Part shown: positions 36,579-45,222 of the stretch, piece after piece
Numbering within the stretch: position 1 is the stretch's first letter
Layout of the letters: each line of letters opens with the position of its first letter
Assembly: GCA_964552235.1 (NCBI GenBank)
Contig: CAZKGO010000016.1
Span: 1,048-65,047 of the forward strand
Direction of reading: 5' to 3'
From: an uncultured Spirochaetales bacterium
Lineage (GTDB): Bacteria > Spirochaetota > Spirochaetia > SZUA-6 > CAVTHK01
DNA: 64,000 nt
Made by a program: the position numbers and the translations under genes
The notes under the pieces: model-generated
The model's input: the letters and a program-made list of their open reading frames with translations, nothing else
What the model was told of the DNA's origin: nothing
Databases searched by the model: none

Positions 36579-37463
36579 CTAGGCCGCCTTCATCGCCGCC
36601 CACTTCTTCCACTGGTACCACTGCTCCGGGTAGCGGGTCACGTACTTCTCCCACAGCCCCAGCGCGTCGCGGGCCACGCTCTGTGGCTGCCTCATGCAGG
36701 AGATGTCCTCGAAGATCATGCGGTAGCGGAGGAAGCCCTCTCGCTTGAGGAACGCGGCGATGACCGGCGCGCTCGAGCGCCTGGCGAGGAAGTCGAGGGT
36801 GTTGTCGAAGTAGATCTGCTTGCCGAACAGGGGAATGGTGCGCGACTTGCGGCAGTGCCAGGTGTCGACCTCGTCGCACTCGGTCATCAGGACGCGGTTC
36901 TCGCCGAGGGTGCGCAGGGCGCGGAAGAGGACGCTCTCGCCGTCCTCGTTGCTGAACAGCCGCACGTCGGCGTGCGTGATCTTGTCGTTCAGGGCCCGGC
37001 GCAGCCTTGGGGTGGCGCACTCCATGATCACGTCGATGGGCATTCCCTTGAGCCCGATGACCCACGGGATGAACTCCAGCCCGCCGAAATGGGCGGTGCA
37101 GACCACGACGCCCTTGCCCCGGCTCAGGGCGCTGGTCACCAGGTCGAGCCCCTCGACTCGGAAGCGGGTTTCGACGAAGCGCTTGACGTAGCCGTAGCTG
37201 CGGAACGCGGCGAGCATCTTCTCGTAGTAGTGGAGGAAGATTCCGCGGAAGGTCTCATGGGCGATCCGCTGCAGCTTCCGCTCGTCGGCGCTGCCGACCA
37301 GATCCCGGATGTTCGCTTCGATCAGACGCTTCTCCTTGCGACGCAGGGTATAGTAGAGCCGGCCGAGCCCCTGCATGTAGTAGTAACCGACGAGAGGGTG
37401 AAGCCTGCGGAAGATGAAGATGTTCGCCGTGGACTGGAAGAACCTCGAGAGGTTGAGTTTCAT
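36579..37463 (-). CDS. Lysophospholipid/lipid A-type acyltransferase (LpxL/HtrB family)
   Basis: 294 aa from ATG 37463 (RBS GGAGGAG). GKGVVVCTAHFGGLEF carries the HX4-type acyltransferase region, and the C-terminal PEQWYQWKKW is typical of the family. Confidence 0.65.
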   Translation of the reverse strand: MKLNLSRFFQSTANIFIFRRLHPLVGYYYMQGLGRLYYTLRRKEKRLIEANIRDLVGSADERKLQRIAHETFRGIFLHYYEKMLAAFRSYGYVKRFVETRFRVEGLDLVTSALSRGKGVVVCTAHFGGLEFIPWVIGLKGMPIDVIMECATPRLRRALNDKITHADVRLFSNEDGESVLFRALRTLGENRVLMTECDEVDTWHCRKSRTIPLFGKQIYFDNTLDFLARRSSAPVIAAFLKREGFLRYRMIFEDISCMRQPQSVARDALGLWEKYVTRYPEQWYQWKKWAAMKAA

Positions 37464-37613
37464 GGCACTCCTCCAAACCTCATGTGGTGTGTGACGGCGA
37501 TTATCACATGAGATTATGGAGATTTCAAGGGAAATGTTGTTTAGACGGGCAATCACCTTACTGGACGTTTTGGGAGACGTCGAGCAGAGCGAGATCTCGA
37601 TCGCTCAGCCGGA

Positions 37614-39455
37614 TCAGCGGACCCGGATGTGGGTCTCGAACACCTTCTCAAAGGCCCGAACCACGTCAGGGGCGAACTGCTGGCCCGACTCGCGGCTGAT
37701 GGCGCGCATCGCCTGCGCGGGCGGCAGGCCTTTGCGATACGGACGAGAGGAAGTCATAGCATCATAGGTGTCCGCGACAGCCATGATGCGGGCTCCGATC
37801 GGTATCTCGTCGCCTTTGAGCCCGTCGGGATAGCCCTTGCCGTCGTGTCGTTCGTGATGGTGTCGAATCAGGTGCAGATGGGCCCGGAGAAACGAGATCG
37901 GTTCGATGATCTCAACGCCTTTGATTGTGTGCCGCTGGATCAACCGGAACTCGCTCTTGGACAGGGCCTTGGGGTTCTTGATGATCGACTCAGGCACGCC
38001 GATCTTGCCGATGTCGTGCAGGTAGCCGCCGATGCGCAGGTGTTCGAGCTCCGCCGCGCTCAGGCCCATCTCCTCGCCGATCAGGGCGGCGATGCTCGCC
38101 ACTCGCTCCGAGTGGCCCTTGGTGTAGGGGTCCTTCTCTTCCAGAGCGTGCACCAGGGCACGCACAGAGCTGAGGTAGCTCATCTTCAGCTCCTCATCGA
38201 GGCGGGCGCGCTGCAGGGATACGGCGATCGTATTGGCGAAGATCGTGAGGTAATCGAGGTCCGTGGCGCTGATCGGCTCTCTTGCCGTCGTCCGGTCGGC
38301 CCCGAGCACCCCGACAACGCCCCAGTCGGTCGTGGACAGCGGGCAGAGGCAGAACGAGTGGGGATGAAAGCGGGCCAGAATGAAGTTGGCCGGGTTGAGC
38401 CCGGCCGCCTTGACGTCGGCGACGAGGATCGGCTCGCCGCTGTTGGCGACCTGGACCATGAGATTGTGCTCGCGAGTGAGGGGGACGTGGTAGTGCTTCA
38501 TGCTCTCCACGAGCTGCGGATCGCCTCCCGTGGAAGCCTGGTAGACCAGCTCGCGCCTGTCTCGGTCGATCATCATCAGGATCGCCCGATCGAAGCGCAG
38601 AATCCTGACCAGGATCTTCATGGTCATGTCGAGGAACTCGTCAGTCTCCCTGCGGGAGACGAGGATTCGCGAGGCTTCGTTGATGGCCTGCAGCTTGGTG
38701 ATCTTGTCCTGCAGCTCGAGGTTGAGGTGGTTGACCTCTTCGTACTTGGAGGCGAGCAGGGTCTTGTCCCGCTCGATTTCGCGCAGGGCCTCGATCAGGT
38801 GGCTCTTGCGCACCGCGAACCCCTCGAGCATGTTCCGCACGATGTTCTTGCGGACCTGCCAGGAACCGTGGAACTCGCAGTAGGCGGCCCCCTGGAAGAA
38901 GCATTCGGTCTCCTCAACCACCGCCGGTTTCTGCTTCCAGATCGTCGGAATGGCCGTGTAGATGCCCCGGTTGAACTGGCAGATGTCCCGGGACAGCACG
39001 CCGTTGGGGTTCCAGTGCAGGCGCACGATCAGGCGCCCGGCACCCATCTTGAGCACTTCCACGTCCTTGGTCGTGCTGAACTTCGCGTTGACCTGCTCGA
39101 TCATGCGGATCGCGCCGCCGGGGGTCAGGAACGTGCTGATGAAGAACCTCTGGATGTAGCCGAGCTGCCGCTCGGTCACCGATTCGAAGCCGATGCGGAA
39201 GGCCACATCGGGGTCGTCGAGCAGCCTGCGCGCGTTGGCAAAGAGCGCCACGACGACCGCGCTGGGGACCCAGTTGTTCTCGTCGGTGAGGAAGCTCTCG
39301 GGCTCCCCCAGGACGTTGTACGGCTCCGGCAGGCCCGAGAACAGCTCGGGCAGCCGCTCGGGGGCGTGCCGGCGCACGTACTCCACGATGGCGCGGCAGT
39401 TAACGCAGCAGTTCTGGGCCGGCACGCTTCCGGTGCGGTTTCGCGACAGAGGCAT
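37614..39455 (-). CDS. Sensor HD-GYP phosphodiesterase (Cys-rich N-terminal sensor, coiled coil, GAF, HD-GYP)
   Basis: HSERV...HDIGKIGVP...HHERHDGKGYPDGL. A GAF-like central region. The N-terminal ~200 aa carries NCCVNC and ECFFQGAAYCEF. Confidence 0.85.
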   Translation of the reverse strand: MPLSRNRTGSVPAQNCCVNCRAIVEYVRRHAPERLPELFSGLPEPYNVLGEPESFLTDENNWVPSAVVVALFANARRLLDDPDVAFRIGFESVTERQLGYIQRFFISTFLTPGGAIRMIEQVNAKFSTTKDVEVLKMGAGRLIVRLHWNPNGVLSRDICQFNRGIYTAIPTIWKQKPAVVEETECFFQGAAYCEFHGSWQVRKNIVRNMLEGFAVRKSHLIEALREIERDKTLLASKYEEVNHLNLELQDKITKLQAINEASRILVSRRETDEFLDMTMKILVRILRFDRAILMMIDRDRRELVYQASTGGDPQLVESMKHYHVPLTREHNLMVQVANSGEPILVADVKAAGLNPANFILARFHPHSFCLCPLSTTDWGVVGVLGADRTTAREPISATDLDYLTIFANTIAVSLQRARLDEELKMSYLSSVRALVHALEEKDPYTKGHSERVASIAALIGEEMGLSAAELEHLRIGGYLHDIGKIGVPESIIKNPKALSKSEFRLIQRHTIKGVEIIEPISFLRAHLHLIRHHHERHDGKGYPDGLKGDEIPIGARIMAVADTYDAMTSSRPYRKGLPPAQAMRAISRESGQQFAPDVVRAFEKVFETHIRVR

Positions 39456-39485
39456 CCCACTTTCACTATCGGCGCCGCGGGCCGG

Positions 39486-40613
39486 TCAGGAGAGATCGAC
39501 CTCGAGGGTCCGGATGGTGTAGCGGCGCAGCTTCTCGACGTCGACCGAGTGCCCTATGCCTGCGGCGCGCCGGACCCGGGCGGCGCCCCCGCGGCCGAAG
39601 TCGAAGTTGGCGCTCGTGATGTTGTCGGCCAGCAGCAGGGAGTCGTAGGAGCCGTCGACGTACGCCGGATCGTCCATCAGAGCGGCAGCCGTGCGGCCGA
39701 GCGACGAGAGAATGCCGGTCTCCCCCACGTGGCAGCCGAGGCAGGTGCGCAGACCGCGCTCTGCAGCCCCGGCGGCCAGGGCCAGGCTGCGCAGCAGGCC
39801 TCCGTTCTTGGCCAGCCGTATGTTCACCATGCGGTGGAGACCGAGGGCGGCCACCCGCTCCAGGTCCTCCTCGGAGACGAAGGCCTCGTCGGCCACGAAC
39901 ACGAAGCGCGGGTCCGCCCCGATGGCGCGCATCTGCGGCTCAGGGGCCGGGTCCTCGATGATCGTCACGCCGTAGCGGCTGCAGAGGTCGAGGTGCCGGC
40001 CGATGGTCGAGACGTCCCAGGCCATGTTGGCGTCGGCCCGCAGCGTCGTCCCGGCCCTGACCGCCTCCCGCGCAGCCGAGAGGACCGCCTCGTTGTACCC
40101 GAAGTCTCTGCCGATCTTGAGGCGCACGCTCGGCACATCGGCGGCCGCGGCCATGGCCAGGAGCGGCCGCACGGCTTCGATGGGCGCCATGGGTATCACC
40201 GCGCCATAGTGCACGCAGGTGCGCAGCGGATCGCGGCCCAGGAGGGCGAACACGTCGACCCCGCGCTGGCGGCAGAAGGCCTCCATGAGGGCCGTCTCCA
40301 GGGCGCAGAGGAGAGGCCGGCTCTCCCGCGCCACCGGGCAGGTCTCGATCGCCGCCCGCGCCTGCTCCCACCCGCAGCCGCGCAGCGGGCCGATCATCGG
40401 TGCCAAGGCTGCGGCCGCCGCATCGAGCAGCGACGAACCGCTCGGCAGGCCGCCTACGTACTCCCGCAGCACGGCCTCGCCATAGCCGGGGTGGCCGTTG
40501 ACCTCGATCTCCAGGATCAGCGAATCCGAGGCCGCTCGCGAGGCCGAGGCGTGGGTAAAGCGCGTGCGGAACGGCAGATGGAGCTGGTGCAGGCGGCAGC
40601 GTGAGAGCGCCAT
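39486..40613 (-). CDS. Enolase-superfamily epimerase/cycloisomerase (dipeptide-epimerase-like)
   Basis: ATG 40613 with GGGAGG. Contains LKIGRD, RADANMAWD, IIEDP, VADEAF and RLAKNGG (metal ligands and catalytic Lys positions). Confidence 0.75.
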   Translation of the reverse strand: MALSRCRLHQLHLPFRTRFTHASASRAASDSLILEIEVNGHPGYGEAVLREYVGGLPSGSSLLDAAAAALAPMIGPLRGCGWEQARAAIETCPVARESRPLLCALETALMEAFCRQRGVDVFALLGRDPLRTCVHYGAVIPMAPIEAVRPLLAMAAAADVPSVRLKIGRDFGYNEAVLSAAREAVRAGTTLRADANMAWDVSTIGRHLDLCSRYGVTIIEDPAPEPQMRAIGADPRFVFVADEAFVSEEDLERVAALGLHRMVNIRLAKNGGLLRSLALAAGAAERGLRTCLGCHVGETGILSSLGRTAAALMDDPAYVDGSYDSLLLADNITSANFDFGRGGAARVRRAAGIGHSVDVEKLRRYTIRTLEVDLS

Positions 40614-40683
40614 GGCCTCCCTATAGCATGGCCGACCAGCGCGGTCAACATCGAGACTGCTCCATGCAGCCGATCGATCCTGC

Positions 40684-42057
40684 TCAGTCGCCTCCAGCGG
40701 CCTTGGCTGCAAGCTTCCGCGGATAGTGGGAGTAGTAGTAGGAGTGGCGCCAGCTCGTGCTGAGGGCGAGGTTGAACTTGTACACGACGGCAAAGGCGAC
40801 CGGGTTCCGCAGGCTCAGGGCGCTGCGGATCATGCGATAGGCAAAGGCCGCCGGCGAGTACAGGCGCGCCTTGAGGTAGTTGTGGCCGCGGTAGAGGTCT
40901 TCCTCGGAGACTCCGAGCGGCCGGTGCACGAGCCACGAGAACCGGTACTTGCGCCAGTCGTCGGGAAAGGCCGTGTGGATCAGCCGACCGGCCGCTTTCA
41001 TCTCGTCGAAGAGCCTCGTGCCTGGCAGGGGAGTCAGTATGGTGATCTGGATCATGTCGACCCCGCTGTGGAGCAGGAACCGGGCAAACTCACGGTAGTA
41101 CTCGGGCGACTCGTGGTCGTTGCCCACGATAAAGCCGCCCATGACGGCGATGCCATGGCGATGGAAGGCCCGGATCACGTCGCGGTAGTGCTCCGCGCCG
41201 ATCTTCAGGTTCACCCCCTTGCGCATCTCCTTGAGGTACTCCTCCTTTGTGGTCTCGAACCCCACAAAGGCGAACATGCAGCCCGAACGGGCGGCGAGGG
41301 CGAGGACCTCCTCGTCCTCGGCCGCGTTGATCGACGTCTGCATCCACCACCGCTTTCGAAGCCGCAGGTCGATCATGCCGCGGAACAGCCGCTTGGCCCG
41401 CTCCCGGCTGGCTGCGCTGTAGCCGATGAGATTGTCGTCCACGAAGGCCACGTAGCGGCCGCTGATGCCCTTGAGCTCGTCCAGGACGTCCTCGGGATCC
41501 CTCTGGCGGTACTCCCTGCCCAGGTAGCGCGTGACCGAGCAGAAGCTGCAGTCAAAGGGACAGCCCCTCGATGTCTGGACCGAGTTCCAGAGGTAGCGTG
41601 GATCGAGGAGATCCCGCCTCGGCCGCAGCGCCGCGGTCGCGAGGTCCACGCGCGATGCGGAGTAGACCCTCTGGAGCGAGCCCCGCTCGAAATCCCTCAG
41701 CACATCGGCCCAGACCGTCTCGACCTCGCCGACCACGACCGCGTCGACGTGCTCCGCCGCTTCCTCGGGGACCATCGACGCGTGGATGCCGCCGATGACC
41801 ACCTTGGTGCCTTTGGCTCGGTAGACCGACGCGATCTCGTAGGCGCGGTTGATGGCTCCGGTAAAGCTGCTGAGCGCCACCAGGTCCGCCGGCTCGTACT
41901 CGAACGGCTCGAAGTGCTCGTCGATGAGACGGACGGTCCAGTCGGCGGGCGTGGCAGCGGCCACGTACGCCAGGCCGAGAGGAGCAAAAGTCGTCGCCCT
42001 GCTCAGCAGGTATCCGCTCTTTCTCTCGACAGGGTTGATCAGCAACAGTCTCTTCAA
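40684..42057 (-). CDS. B12-binding-domain radical SAM protein
   Basis: N-terminal cobalamin-binding-like Rossmann region (LLINP...PLGLAYVAA...VVIGGIHAS) and CPFDCSFC (CxxxCxxC). The start is uncertain: TTG 42057, or up to 42141. Confidence 0.85.
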   Translation of the reverse strand: MKRLLLINPVERKSGYLLSRATTFAPLGLAYVAAATPADWTVRLIDEHFEPFEYEPADLVALSSFTGAINRAYEIASVYRAKGTKVVIGGIHASMVPEEAAEHVDAVVVGEVETVWADVLRDFERGSLQRVYSASRVDLATAALRPRRDLLDPRYLWNSVQTSRGCPFDCSFCSVTRYLGREYRQRDPEDVLDELKGISGRYVAFVDDNLIGYSAASRERAKRLFRGMIDLRLRKRWWMQTSINAAEDEEVLALAARSGCMFAFVGFETTKEEYLKEMRKGVNLKIGAEHYRDVIRAFHRHGIAVMGGFIVGNDHESPEYYREFARFLLHSGVDMIQITILTPLPGTRLFDEMKAAGRLIHTAFPDDWRKYRFSWLVHRPLGVSEEDLYRGHNYLKARLYSPAAFAYRMIRSALSLRNPVAFAVVYKFNLALSTSWRHSYYYSHYPRKLAAKAAGGD

Positions 42058-42205
42058 GACCGCCCCCTCGCCGCCCCCAGATTGACACGACCCGGCCACG
42101 ATAGGCAAGGAGCAGGGCAGGAGCGGGCGAAGAGGCGACAATTGACGAAGGCCCCACGCGCGGACCGCGGCTCGGCCCGGCGAAACCGGCGCCGCAACCG
42201 CGCGT

Positions 42206-42234
42206 TTGACCCGCTCAACGCTCTGCGTTACGAT
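42206..42234 (+). promoter_or_regulatory. Promoter-like TTGACC-17-TACGAT for the diguanylate cyclase operon
   Basis: Read directly. The TTG that the track uses as a start codon is the -35 box. Confidence 0.5.
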
Positions 42235-42265
42235 CGGAAGCCGGCTCCCGAGCCTCGAGGAGAAC

Positions 42266-45217
42266 GTGGCCGACGCAACCAGCCTCGAGTTCGCCCCGCC
42301 TGACGACGAGTCTCAGACCGACCGGCTGGCCGCACTGCTGGACCTGCACGGTCTCGCGGTGATCGGTGCGGACCACGCCGGGCGGATCGTCGGTTGGTCC
42401 CCCGGCGCTGTCCGGCTGTTCGGATACCGCCGGGCCGATGCCCTCCGGAGGACCCTCCCGGATCTGTTCACCGATCAGGCCGCGGCCGAGGTCAGGGCCT
42501 GGCTCGACGGCCTGCGCGACCGTCGCATCGACAGCGGCGGACCTCCGCTGGAATGGGAGGCGCGGCAGGCAGACGGGCGCACATTCAGCGTGCGCGTCAC
42601 CATCAACCCGACGGCGGCCGGCGTCGACCTCCTGGTCGCGGCGCCTTCGGTGGGCGGCGCCGTTCTCAGGAGCGAGAGCTTCCTGAGAGCGGTCTACGAC
42701 GCAAGCGACGAGATGATGATCCTCACCGACCTCGAGGGTCGCATCGTCTGGTCGAACACCGCCTGGTACCGGGGTCTCGGATACGACCCCGCCTCGCGCC
42801 GCACGCCGTTCGAGAATATCCATGACAGGGACCTCGACCGGGTCCTGTCGGCCTGGACGGACCTCAAGAGCGGCCGCGGAGAGTTCCGCGACGTGGCCTA
42901 CAGGTACCGCAAAGGCGACGGATCGCAGGTGTGGCTGGAAACGACGATCCTTCCGATCCCCGGCCAGCCGTACTGCTACGTGCGCAGCCGCAACATCACG
43001 CAGAAGAGGCTGCTCGAGGAGGCAGCCGAACGCCGGGCCCGCTATCTCGAAGCGACCATCGGCGTAGCCGCCCTCGCCGCGGGGCCGACGCCCGACGCCG
43101 GGCTGATCGCCGCCTACCTGCGCGAGAGGCTCGGCCTGGCGGCTGCGGGCGTCTGGATCGACTCGGGCGCGGCTTCGGGCTGCGGCAGGAGCGCAAGCCT
43201 CCCCCGGGCCGGCAGCGTCGACCGGGCCGGCCTCGGCCAGGCGCTTGCCGACCTGGCCGCGAGGGGCGGCGGCACGACCGGTGACGCGACGGACGCGGCG
43301 GCAGGCGCCGTCGTTGCTCTCGTCGACTCCGGCGGACGCCCGAGGGGCGCTCTAGTGCTCGGCCTTCGGTCGGAGGCCACCGAGGAGCCGGTGCTGGCCT
43401 GCAACCTCGCGGCGACGCTCTCGCTGGCCCTCGAGCGCCAGGAGTACATGAGCGGACTCGCCCGCGAGGCGGCGGCCGAAAGCATGCGCGCCGACCTGGG
43501 GGCGGCGCTGCTCTCCTGCTGCCGCGAACAGGACGCCCTCGCGCTCGCTCTCGAGTTCTTCGAGAGGCAGTACGGGCTGCAGATCACGGTGGCGCTCGTC
43601 GGCGGCCCCGACCGGCTCCAACCGGTCCTCGCCCGCGTCGAGGGTCGCCCTGCCGTGATCACAGGCGTCGTGCTGGCCGCAGGCCCGCAGCTGGCGGCGC
43701 TGCTGGTGGATGGAGGCCCGCCGGCGGCCCGCATTGCGGGCGGAGGTCCGGTCTGCCGGGGCGTGTGCGCCGAAGGCTGCGCCGCTGCCGCGGCAGCCGC
43801 GATCCGCGCGCTCGTCAGCCCCGCCGACGGCGGCGGGGAGCGCATTGCGCTGCGCATCCCGGGCGTCGGGGTGGTTTGCGGACTGGCCCCGCGTCCCCCC
43901 GGCGACCAGGACCTGCAGGCGAACGCCATCGTGCTCGACGCGGTGGCGGCGGTCGTGAAGCAGCTGCGCACGGAAGAGGCCCGCAGACGCGCCCTGCGGC
44001 GGACCGAACAGGTGCACCAACTGGAGATCGAGGTGAGACGGCTGCCGGTGGGGAGGCCCGCCGAGAAGCTGCGGGCCATAGCCGCCGGGCTCGCCGCAAT
44101 GACGGCCGCCGACCGCGTGGCAATCCTGCTGCGCGACGAGGAGGATCGCCGCAGCCTGCGCCCCGCCGCAGTCGCCACAGGGCCCGGGTCGCCGCGGCTG
44201 CGGCGGTCGCTGCGCCGGCTCGCCAGCGAGCTTGCCAGGGACGCCTTTGAGAGCGGGGAGGCGGTCTTTGTCGCCGCGGCCTCCCGCTGGGCCGGGATCG
44301 AATCGCTGCCCGGGCGCCTGCGGCCGCTCGCTCCGCCTGGGACGGTCGTGCCGCCTTTGTACGCCGGACCGATCCGCGGCGGCGGCGGGCAGCCGACCGG
44401 CGCCTTTTGCCTTCTCGGCCGCGAGCCCCTTGACGAGACCGACCTCGTGGTCTTTCACGACATCGCCGCCCTGATCAGCGGCACGGTCAAGGACGAGTCG
44501 CTGTACCGCAGGCAGAAGGAGCTGGCCACGCGCGACGAGCTCACGCGCCTCTACAACCGCCGCTACTTTCTGCGGAGGGCCGCGGAGTGGTTCCGCATTG
44601 CGCGCCGCTACGGCAAGCCCTTCGCGATCGTGCTGCTCGATGCCGACCGGTTCAAGAGCGTGAACGACACCTACGGCCACGACTGCGGCGACCAGGTCCT
44701 GATCCAGCTCTCGCGAACGATCACGGGGGCCGTCCGCGAGGTCGACGTGGCCGCCCGCTACGGCGGCGAGGAGTTCATCGTGCTGCTTCCCGAAACGGGA
44801 GGCGAGGGCGCGCTGCGGACCGCGCAGCGCATCCGCGAGGCGGTCGAGGACCGCCTCTTTGAGTGCGGCGAGCAGCGGCTGCGCCTGACCGTAAGCTGCG
44901 GGGTGGCGACCGTCGGCGAGAGCACGGGCGATCTCGACGGCGAGCCCTACGGCGTGCAGTGGGTGGACAACCGCCTGCACGCGCGGCTGCCCTCGGGCGC
45001 CGCCGTGGCCCTGGGGGCAAGCCTGGCGGAGGCGGCGGATCGCGGCCGGCTGCACGCGGCGGTCGCCGCCGCCCGGGGACTGGGAGAGCGGCAGCGCGAG
45101 CACCTGGAGACGCTGGCGTTCAAGGCCGCCTCGCTCGAAGGGATGATCAGCATCGCGGACGCCCGGCTGTACCGATCCAAGAGCGCGGGCGGCAACCGCG
45201 TCACCGACGGGAGTTGA
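42266..45217 (+). CDS. PAS-PAS-GAF-type sensor diguanylate cyclase (GGEEF with an RxxD I-site)
   Basis: Two PAS-like repeats (GRIVGWSPGAVRLFGY; GRIVWSNTAWYRGLGY), a long Ala-rich GAF-like region, then LTRLYNRRYF...LDADRFKSVNDTYGHDCGD...REVDVAARYGGEEF. GTG 42266 follows GAGGAG. Confidence 0.85.
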   Translation: MADATSLEFAPPDDESQTDRLAALLDLHGLAVIGADHAGRIVGWSPGAVRLFGYRRADALRRTLPDLFTDQAAAEVRAWLDGLRDRRIDSGGPPLEWEARQADGRTFSVRVTINPTAAGVDLLVAAPSVGGAVLRSESFLRAVYDASDEMMILTDLEGRIVWSNTAWYRGLGYDPASRRTPFENIHDRDLDRVLSAWTDLKSGRGEFRDVAYRYRKGDGSQVWLETTILPIPGQPYCYVRSRNITQKRLLEEAAERRARYLEATIGVAALAAGPTPDAGLIAAYLRERLGLAAAGVWIDSGAASGCGRSASLPRAGSVDRAGLGQALADLAARGGGTTGDATDAAAGAVVALVDSGGRPRGALVLGLRSEATEEPVLACNLAATLSLALERQEYMSGLAREAAAESMRADLGAALLSCCREQDALALALEFFERQYGLQITVALVGGPDRLQPVLARVEGRPAVITGVVLAAGPQLAALLVDGGPPAARIAGGGPVCRGVCAEGCAAAAAAAIRALVSPADGGGERIALRIPGVGVVCGLAPRPPGDQDLQANAIVLDAVAAVVKQLRTEEARRRALRRTEQVHQLEIEVRRLPVGRPAEKLRAIAAGLAAMTAADRVAILLRDEEDRRSLRPAAVATGPGSPRLRRSLRRLASELARDAFESGEAVFVAAASRWAGIESLPGRLRPLAPPGTVVPPLYAGPIRGGGGQPTGAFCLLGREPLDETDLVVFHDIAALISGTVKDESLYRRQKELATRDELTRLYNRRYFLRRAAEWFRIARRYGKPFAIVLLDADRFKSVNDTYGHDCGDQVLIQLSRTITGAVREVDVAARYGGEEFIVLLPETGGEGALRTAQRIREAVEDRLFECGEQRLRLTVSCGVATVGESTGDLDGEPYGVQWVDNRLHARLPSGAAVALGASLAEAADRGRLHAAVAAARGLGERQREHLETLAFKAASLEGMISIADARLYRSKSAGGNRVTDGS

Positions 45218-45222
45218 CGATC

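Noticed and set aside
40614-40683. A RiPP-type precursor peptide gene next to the radical SAM/epimerase pair.
   Set aside because: The 70-nt spacer and the 148-nt upstream region contain no plausible small ORF with an RBS on the minus strand.
42206-42265. TTG at 42206 as the start codon of the diguanylate cyclase.
   Set aside because: That TTG is the first half of a TTGACC -35 box with TACGAT 17 nt downstream. A transcript from this promoter would not contain it. GTG 42266, after GAGGAG, fits better.
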